This document shows positions 55,788 through 64,000 of a stretch of 64,000 nt of DNA, piece after piece; positions within the stretch are counted from its first letter, which is position 1, and every line of letters begins with the position of its first letter. Origin of the DNA: Planktothrix sp. GU0601_MAG3 (GTDB lineage: Bacteria; Cyanobacteriota; Cyanobacteriia; Cyanobacteriales; Microcoleaceae); NCBI GenBank assembly GCA_035193785.1, contig CP136572.1, forward strand, positions 1,216,001-1,280,000, in the 5' to 3' direction. Under the pieces are notes generated by a model. It did no database searches. It was not told the DNA's origin and saw nothing but the letters and a program-made list of their open reading frames with translations. Position numbers and translations under genes: made by a program.

Positions 55788-58600
55788 ATGAATCGGTTGG
55801 ACAATACACAACAACTTCAATCTAAATTGGATCAACAGGTCTTGCTACATCGGATGACGAACCGTATTCGTCAATCCCTAGAATTATCGGGAATTTTAAC
55901 CGCCACCGTTGCCGAAATTCGTTCCTTTTTGGGAACGGATCGGATTATGATTTATCAATTTAGTCCCGATGGTAGTGGGGAAGTGGTGGCCGAATCTCGC
56001 GATCGCGATCGTCTTCCCTCCCTGTTGGGATTACATTTTCCCGCCGATGATATTCCGCCCCATGCTCGGGAAATGTTTTGTTCCCTGCGTCAACGCACTG
56101 TTGTCAATGTCGGTGAGGGAAGATTTGGGACTAGCAACAACTTGGGAGAAGCTCAAACTCCTTCGGGGATTGACTATCGCAGCCTTGATCCTTGCCACCA
56201 AGCCTATTTAACCGCCATGGGGGTAGGGTCTTCCCTGGCCATTCCGATTTTACTTGACTCCCCCAATTACCCAGTCGGTGAAAGTCCTCTGCTTTGGGGA
56301 TTATTAGTTTCTCACCACGCCGAAACCCCAGGCCATGGTTGAAACAGATATTCAAGTTGTTCAGTTATTAGTAGATCAATTGGCAATTGCGATCACCCAG
56401 GCTAATTTATTAAGCCAAACCCAACAAAAAGCTCGACAGGAAGCCGCCATCAATAGTATTGCTTCCCTACTCCACGAACGCCCCACCATCGAACTACAGG
56501 AGGCATTAGAAGCCACCGTTAAAGCCCTGGATGGAGTGGGGGGACGGCTCTATATTCAGCCCTATTCCCTGAGCCCCACGGAGGTCTTTACGGCGGGTAA
56601 ACAACCGAATCCACCGATGGGTGTTGCTTCAGGGATTTTAGAAGAACATCCCCTCTGGCAATATTGGTTAACTCAAGGTTATGAAACGCCCCCCCATCAT
56701 TCAGGTATACCGAATCAATCCCTCTCTCCTTGGGTGATCACCGATGTTTATAAGGAATATCAATGGCGAGTTTTAATCTCAGCCTTTCAGTCTACATTAA
56801 TTCGAGGATTATTGGTTTTACCAATTCAATCTCGTCAACAATTATTAGGGGTGTTGACTATTTTTCGGGAAGAAATTAATACAGAAACTTTGTGGGCGGG
56901 AGAATTTGATTCGAGTATTGAACAGATGATGCCCCGGCAGTCTTTTGAAATTTGGCGAGAGTCTAAACAGGGACAAGCTCAACCTTGGAAAGAAGCGGAT
57001 TTAACTTTGGCCACAGCATTAGGCTGTAAATTTGCGATGGCGATTCAACAATATCGATTATATCAAGAAATTCAAACCTTAAATATTAATTTAGAACAGC
57101 AAATTGCAGAAAGAACGGATAAACTTCAACGCTCCTTAGATTTTGCTAAAACCTTAGAACGAATTACTGATCAAATTCGTAGGACACTGGACTTAAAAGC
57201 TACTTTATCTTGTTTAGTTCGCGAAGTTAGAGTTTTATTAGATACGGATCGGGTGGTGATTTATCAACTGATTAGCGGACAGGCGGGGGAAGTTGTATTT
57301 GAAGATCGACGGAAATCAATTGGCTCGATTTTGGGGATTAAAACACCCGATGATTGTTTTCCCAAGGAGATGGCGGAGCTTTATCGAGAAGGAAGAATGC
57401 GGGCTATTTCTGATGTTTATCAAGAAAATCTAGCCCCTTGTCATCAAGAATTTTTAGAAAGTTTGTGCGTGAAGGCAAATTTAATTGTGCCGATTAACCA
57501 AGAGTCTAAATTGTGGGGATTATTAATTGCCCATGAATGTACCCAGACTCGTAATTGGGAAGTTGAGGAATTAGATATTTTACAACAATTAGCAGATCAA
57601 GCTGCGATCGCCATTTATCAAACGGAATTGTATCAACAAAGTCTGAAATCCGCCCAAAATGAACAGGCAAAAGCAGAAACAACTGACCCAAACTTTAAAC
57701 GAGTTACAAAAAACCCAAAGTCAACTGATTCAAACGGAAAAAATGTTAAGTTTGGGGCGGTTAGTCGCGGGAGTTGCCCATGAAATTAATAATCCGATTA
57801 ATTTTATTTTTGGCAACTTAATCTATGCCGGTGAATATAGCCAAAATTTATTAACTCTAATTCAACTATATCAACACCATTATCCCTATCCTCAACCGGA
57901 AATTGTTAAATATATCAACACAATTGAGTTAGATTTTATTGCCCAAGATCTCCCTAAAATCTTGGAATCTATGCAGGGGGGGGCCGATCGAATTCGTCAA
58001 TTAGTTTTATCCCTACGGAATTTTGCCCGACTGGATCAAGCGGATTTAAAATTTGTTGATATTCATGAAGGAATTGAAAGTACATTATTGCTATTACAAC
58101 ACCGCCTGAATATTGATTCAGACACTCCATTTCCAGCTATTCAAGTGAAACGACAATATGGCGACCTTCCCCCCGTGGAATGTTACGCCAGCTTGCTCAA
58201 TCAAGTATTTATGAATCTTTTTAGTAATGCCCTAGATGCGTTAGCATTAAAGGACACCGGAGAAAACCAGTCACCGTCCTACGCAGAAAAGACACAACCA
58301 TCTTTAGAAATCCGTACAGCCTTGAGGGATGAAGTCACGGCAGCACCTAAAATTGTGATCTCGATCATTGACAATGGTACGGGTATTCCTAACGCCTTAA
58401 TCCCCCATATTTTCGACCCATTTTTTACCACAAAACCCGTGGGTCAGGGGACTGGGTTGGGGTTATCAATTAGTTATCAAATCATTGTTGAAAAACATCA
58501 TGGATTGCTGCAATGTCTCTCTCACTGGGGAATAGGAACGGAATTTAGAATAGAAATTCCCCTGCGACAATCCTTACCTGATGTTGCTCTCGATGCCTAA
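55788..58600 (+). CDS. Knotless phytochrome (GAF-PHY) + cyanobacteriochrome GAF + histidine kinase (apparent frameshifts at ~56322 and ~57676)
   Basis: GAF1 FPADDIP...DPCH, tongue PRQSFEIW, GAF3 DDCF...APCH, H-box AGVAHEINNP and G2 GTGLGLSIS. Confidence 0.88.
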
Positions 58601-58915
58601 ATTGTGGGGATTGGTAAAGGAAGTAGCTTTCTGGGTGAAGGGGCGGCATATTGTCTCTATCAGAAGGGGGATTGATAGCCGAATTTTTTTGAAGATTGCT
58701 ATAAATTAGGGTGCAAGATTACGGGTGGTGTTTTATACTGAAAAAGTGTGGCAAGTTGATAATAGGTTGATGATATTGACCCCGATTTTAGGACAGGGCA
58801 ATAAAGGAGCGATTTTCACACCAAGACATTGAATTTAATCCGGTCTGGTGACTTGCCAAATTCAGGAAAATTCAAATTTTCCATTGTGATGTTATATGAT
58901 ATTAGGCACCTGTAT

Positions 58916-61079
58916 ATGATCGTAAATCAGCATCAATGGGAGCAGTTACGAGAATGCTGTCTAAATGACAGTGCATTTGCTCAATTGCAGGGTATTTTAA
59001 ACCTAAAACTCTTACCTTATGAACTAGAATTATCTAGTTTGACGGGTTGGGAAGAATTACAGGATCTCGCTGACAATAGCGGGGATAGTTTTGTCGAAAT
59101 TCAAGCTAAGTTACAATCCCATCGCTACAAATCTTTATCAAAAATAATTGGGCAAATTAATCAATGTTTAGAGTTAGAAACCCTGTTGAAAATTACGACG
59201 GAACAACTCCAGCAATATCTTAAAGTTGATCGGGTGGCAATTGTAAAATGGCATGGGGATACTGAAAATATCAAAGGAAAATATATTGCTGAAACGGTAT
59301 TACCTGAGTTTAGATCTTTGTTGAATTTTGAGATCAAAATAGAAGAATTATTGGGTTTTAATCCCACTGAACAAAATTATCAGCCCCTAGCAGTCTCAGA
59401 TATTGATTGTGGCGGATTTAATCCCTTAATGTTGCAATGGATGAGGGACTATCAAGTTAAAGCAAAATTAGGGATTTGTTTATATAACAATCAACAATTA
59501 TGGGGATGTTTATGGGTGTATGATTGTCACCAACGCCGAGATTGGCAACCCGAAGAAATAGAATTTGTCCGTCAAATTGCTCAAAATTTAGAAGTTGCTT
59601 TACGACAAATTGACTATATTGAACAGGTACAAGAACAGGCGAAAACATTGGCGCAGTTAACGGAAAGACAAAAATCCAATGAACAGCAAAAAATATTATA
59701 TCAAGTGATTGAAAAAATCAGAAATTCTTTAGATATTTCTACTATTTTTAACACGACTGCCGCCGAAGTTAGAGCGCTGTTAAATGCAGATCGGGTTGTG
59801 GTTTATCGCTTTAGTTTCTGACTGGTCAGGTTATTTTGTTGCTGAGTCTGTGACGGAAGGATGGAACTCTTTATTTGATACGGTTCCCATGATTCAAGAT
59901 ACCTATTTACAAGAAACTTTAGGAGGACGTTATCGAGATAATCAAACCTATGCTGTTGATGATATTTATACCGCCGGACATGATCCTTGTCATATAAAAT
60001 TGTTAGAACAATTACAGGCTAGATCCTATATTATTGTGCCGATTTTACAGGGACAATTTCTCTGGGGATTACTCGCAGCTTATCAAAATTCCTATCCCCG
60101 TCATTGGCAGGAAGAAGAAGTTAAATTATTAGCTCAAATTGGGACTCAATTCGGAGTAGCTTTACTTCAAGCAGAACTTTATGCTCAAACTAAAAAAAGA
60201 GCTAAAGAATTGGCAGAAGATTTACAACAAACCCAAACTCAATTAGTACAAAGTGAAAAGATGTCTAGTTTAGGACAGCTAGTGGCTGGAGTTGCCCATG
60301 AAATTAATAACCCGGTTAATTTTATTTACGGAAATTTGAGTTATGTCACGGACTACACTAAGGATTTATTAGAGTTAGTTCAATTATATCAAAAACAGTA
60401 TCCCAATATTTCCGAGGAGATTGAAAATAAAATTGAAGAAATAGAATTTGAGTTCATCCAAGAGGATCTCCCCAAGATTTTATCTTCGATGAAAGTTGGG
60501 GCTGACCGGATTCGGCAGTTAGTTTTGTCTTTAAGAAATTTCTCCCGTTTAGATGAGTCTGAGGTGAAAGCGGTTGATATTCACGAGGGGATTGATAGCA
60601 CCCTCTTAATTCTACAACATCGCTTAAAATCTAAACCTGATCGTCCGACAATTGAAGTGATTAAGAAATATGGGAAACTGCCTAAAGTGGAGTGCTATGC
60701 TGCTCAATTGAATCAAGTCTTTATGAATATTATTAGTAATGCTATTGATGAATTGGAATCCTTGTCTAAGACATCTTCAGACACTAAATATTTAGCGATC
60801 TTAATTCAAACTAAGTTGCTTCCAGCCAGCAAAGAACAACCGATGGAACGGGTTAGAATTATGATTCAAGATAATGGTCATGGGATTCCCGATGCCGTAA
60901 AAAAGCGAGTCTTTGATCCCTTTTTTACAACTAAACCGGCGGGAAAAGGGACGGGATTAGGGTTATCAATTAGTTATCAAATTGTGGTGGAAAAACACAA
61001 AGGAATAATTGAATGTCGGGCTTTACCCGAAGAAGGAACAGAGTTTATTGTGGAAATTCCGGTTCATCAAATCGGATAA
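58916..61079 (+). CDS. Two-GAF cyanobacteriochrome histidine kinase (apparent frameshift at ~59814-59818)
   Basis: GAF2 IQDTYLQETLGGRY...DPCH, H-box AGVAHEINNP and GTGLGLSIS. GAF1 lacks the CH motif. Confidence 0.88.
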
Positions 61080-61105
61080 ATTATGCTCCAAATTCCTGAT
61101 CAAAA

Positions 61106-61165
61106 GGGAAACAGGGAACACCGGATCTGGGAACACCGGATCTGGGAACACCGGATCTGGGAACA
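61106..61165. repeat. 15-bp tandem repeat (GGGAACACCGGATCT)x3
   Basis: Directly visible. A (CCATTAC)n STRR follows at ~61263-61305. Confidence 0.85.
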
Positions 61166-61308
61166 GAAATAATACTTCTGGCTGTTTCATATCAGTATTA
61201 AAATGTTACAGCCTCCGTCTCGAAGGCGCGAATTGCTACAGAGTAAAGTTTATTTGCACCAACCCATTACCCATTACCCATTACCCATCACCCATTACCC
61301 ATTACCTA

Positions 61309-63102
61309 TTATTGAGTTTTTCCAACCCATTCTACTATGCCATCGGCTAAGGTTATTGCTAGTTTTTGTTGTTCTTGGGGATTAACAATCCATTCAAATT
61401 CTTCGGGATTAATCATAAATCCCAATTCCAATAACAAAGATGGGGCGACGGTAGGACGAGTTAAGGCTAAATTATTCCAAAATACGCCATAGGAAGGACG
61501 GTTAAGTTTATTCACTAAATATTCATGTAAAAAGACAGCTAAATCGTGGGCTTGGGGGTTATACCAAAAGGTACTTACTCCTTTTGTTTTGATGGCATCT
61601 CCATTATCGGGTAAGGCATTATAATGAATAGAAAGGGATAAATCTGGTTCCTGTTGATTAATCATATTCACCCGATCTTGGGGGTACAAATCTTCATCCC
61701 CATTGCGGGTCATTAATACCGATGCACCGCGTTTAATTAGTTCGGTTTCTAATAGTTTAGAAACTACTAAATTGACATCTTTTTCAGGATATCCCGTCGG
61801 CCCTTTTGACCCTAAATCATTGGGACTACCATGACCGGGATCAATTAAAATTTTTAACCCCGATAAGGGTAAGTTAGATTGGAGGCGCGGGGGATTTTTC
61901 AGAGATAAAACTAAAGTTGTGCCATCATAACGGAGTTTATAACCCCATTGTTGTTTGGTTTTAAAATGAAACGTGTATTGCACCGCATTTTGTGATTCTC
62001 CTTGGGGAGATAAAATCGGTTGCCAATCCATACGCGAAATTAAGGGATTATCATTAAACCGAATCGTATCGGTTTTTGCTGTTGTGTTATGGAGGGTTAG
62101 GGTTAAACTCTGATCCTCTTGTTTAACGGTGATTGGAACTGGCACTTGTAGAGGAAAAGAAACCTCCAACCAATCCCCAACTTGACGAGAACTAGCACTT
62201 TTAATTAAGGAATTCGGCGGGACTGACTCGGTGGTGATCTTGGTTTCACTGGCTTTAATCCAGCCCCCATAATCGAGGTGTAAATAATCTCCTTGTCGTC
62301 CGATAATGGTGGCACGGGTTCCCTTGGGTAAAGGAGTTAAACGGGAATGATCGCTACTGGGGCCAGTGCGGGCGACACCTTCATCTACGATGACTTCAGC
62401 TACTTCAAATTGCATGGGAGAAAGAACAGAAATTTGCCCCGTTGCCCGTTGGGTAATGGTTTGATTATTCAGGGTTAATTGATATTTCGGTTGACCTAAA
62501 TCTAAGGATTTTTGGGAGGCAGAAAATGGCAAATTCTCGGCGATTTTTCCACATCCTTGATATTTTACGGTGTCGGATTTTATCGGTTGATTAGTTCCAG
62601 TTAAAACTGCTGTGTTGTCGGGTAATTCTAAGCTCTGAAACTGGGGTGATAAAGATAGGATTTGTCCGGCTAATTCAACAGAAACCGTTGACTTTTTCGG
62701 AGCGATCGCACTAAAACAAAGTAACTCACCAGGAAGGATAGCCAAATTCTCAGAGGGAGTCAATGAATCCTTGAAAAAGCTGACTGGATCTAAAGAAATA
62801 CCGTCAGTTGAAATTCGAGTAATATTCAGTTTGATTTTTTGATCTTTGTAGCGTAAAATGAAGTTGTTTTCCCCAAGTTGCAATGGAAATGTGGGTGCAA
62901 AGTGACCAGCTTGGCTTCGGGGAATTACTTGACCATTAATTGAAACTTCTCCATCAGGTGTTGCTGTTCCAATCAAAAAAATACGGTCAGATGTTGTTTT
63001 GTGATCTAGGGGCGGATAGGCAATATATAAAGGTTGTTCCGCCGCTGTTGAAGATACCAAGACCATACTGATCACCGTTGTTAGTCCCAGAATTTGTTTC
63101 AT
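61309..63102 (-). CDS. N-acetylmuramoyl-L-alanine amidase (Amidase_3) with SH3-like domain
   Basis: ILIDPGHG, EKDVNL, LSIHYNA and LLELGFM, plus a signal peptide. Confidence 0.93.
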   Translation of the reverse strand: MKQILGLTTVISMVLVSSTAAEQPLYIAYPPLDHKTTSDRIFLIGTATPDGEVSINGQVIPRSQAGHFAPTFPLQLGENNFILRYKDQKIKLNITRISTDGISLDPVSFFKDSLTPSENLAILPGELLCFSAIAPKKSTVSVELAGQILSLSPQFQSLELPDNTAVLTGTNQPIKSDTVKYQGCGKIAENLPFSASQKSLDLGQPKYQLTLNNQTITQRATGQISVLSPMQFEVAEVIVDEGVARTGPSSDHSRLTPLPKGTRATIIGRQGDYLHLDYGGWIKASETKITTESVPPNSLIKSASSRQVGDWLEVSFPLQVPVPITVKQEDQSLTLTLHNTTAKTDTIRFNDNPLISRMDWQPILSPQGESQNAVQYTFHFKTKQQWGYKLRYDGTTLVLSLKNPPRLQSNLPLSGLKILIDPGHGSPNDLGSKGPTGYPEKDVNLVVSKLLETELIKRGASVLMTRNGDEDLYPQDRVNMINQQEPDLSLSIHYNALPDNGDAIKTKGVSTFWYNPQAHDLAVFLHEYLVNKLNRPSYGVFWNNLALTRPTVAPSLLLELGFMINPEEFEWIVNPQEQQKLAITLADGIVEWVGKTQ

Positions 63103-63289
63103 TAGTGTTGTTTGAATTGGTACTTACCCATTGTATCGATTTAGGGAGTATGGTAGTACCCCATTTTCTTCCTATTTTGGGTAGGATTAATTTTTATTGC
63201 TATCAAACAATAAGAATTGATTTGCATGAATTTTCTGAATTAGGGTATTAGGGTGCAGCCAGGACAAATAGCCACAAGGAAACCATACT

Positions 63290-63742
63290 ATGAACCATGA
63301 GTTTTTCAGCCTGACGGAAAATGACTATATTGTTAAGTTGGGCAAAGATGCCTTCACTATTTCACGATTAAAAGAATTAATTGCCATTCAGTTAGAGGAG
63401 CATATCATTAATTATGGAGACTTTTTTAATTTGACGTTTTCTCCCGCTAAACATAATGATTTTTGCTTTGATATGCGCAGTGTTCAGTTAATGTTTCCTT
63501 TCGAGGGGATGAGCGGTTATTTACTTCCCCTTGGTTCTAAGGATTGGATTCCGGGTCAGGTGAGAATTCAAGCCAATTTAAAACTAGATCCTGAAACTTT
63601 AGAGCAAAGTTTTTCCGTTGATATTCAGTTCGCTGCGGATGAACCTCGACTAACGGATATTTTTCACTATCCCAGCAATTTTCAGGAAGATCAAACTCCT
63701 AATCATGGACTTTCTTCCTGCCATTTGCTCCATCAATCTTAA
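63290..63742 (+). CDS. KGK-domain-like cyanobacterial protein
   Basis: FEGMSGYLLPLGSKDWIPGQVRIQ...VDIQFAADEP resembles the KGK family pattern (EG..c.iL..g...W.kGk.ri...leF.pDEP). Confidence 0.6.
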   Translation: MNHEFFSLTENDYIVKLGKDAFTISRLKELIAIQLEEHIINYGDFFNLTFSPAKHNDFCFDMRSVQLMFPFEGMSGYLLPLGSKDWIPGQVRIQANLKLDPETLEQSFSVDIQFAADEPRLTDIFHYPSNFQEDQTPNHGLSSCHLLHQS

Positions 63743-63853
63743 ATTTTAATCAATTTAGGGCGTCTAATGTTTTTCCATCCCACAGCCAAATTAGGATTGC
63801 ATTCTATCTGGCTGTAGGGTGCTGTTTGAAAGCATACCCCGGTTTTTATGTTT

Positions 63854-64000
63854 TCAAAAGGCAAATCGCAACCAACGATTGAGGGTATTGATAGAGCGAT
63901 CGCACCAAGAAGGTTGGGGTATACCTTGATTTTGACTTTCCCATTGGTCGATTAATTGTCGTCCGAGGGGGGTGAGGCGAAAACTATCCGTAATCCCCTG
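63854..64000 (-). CDS. 3' end of a conserved cyanobacterial protein (Npun_F0494-like)
   Basis: Minus-strand frame QGITDSFRLTPLGRQLIDQW...LNRWLRFAF*, open to the window edge. Confidence 0.7.
   Translation of the reverse strand, partial: QGITDSFRLTPLGRQLIDQWESQNQGIPQPSWCDRSINTLNRWLRFAF

Overview
A 64-kb chromosomal window from a filamentous cyanobacterium, probably Oscillatoriales/Planktothrix-like. This is inferred from abundant HIP1 GCGATCGC sites, heptamer STRR arrays, btpA, xisI, KGK and cyanobacteriochrome genes. Most of the window is housekeeping: glcD, Fd-GOGAT, rpsL-rpsG-fusA-tuf-rpsJ, dnaK, amt, pyrH-frr, btpA, an amidase, two photosensory kinases and two diguanylate cyclases. Several accessory loci stand out. 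(1) At 41408-43345, a tightly coupled three-gene operon encodes an N-terminally hydrophobic coiled-coil protein, a divergent green-type Rubisco-activase-like AAA+ ATPase without the RbcS-like domain, and a probable bacterial HORMA-like protein. It is divergent from an HTH-NB-ARC gene and has no CD-NTase beside it. This is the best candidate for an undescribed system. (2) An AT-rich island holds an ABC-type ATPase (DUF3696-like) and a putative RelE-fold effector, downstream of a truncated PIN toxin. (3) An orphan mcyJ lies beside a decayed IS605/TnpB element, with no other mcy genes in the window. (4) A Ser/Thr kinase-FGE/CLec gene has a 3' end that looks like a DGR variable region. (5) A 4 x 206-bp palindromic repeat array sits where xisH would be. 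Separately, 23 of the 24 frameshifts I traced are repaired by the same edit, GAAAC/GTTTC back to GAAC/GTTC. This points to a motif-specific sequencing artefact, possibly from a DNA modification such as phosphorothioation at GAAC/GTTC, rather than to real pseudogenes. All family calls are from motif recognition by eye; no searches were run.
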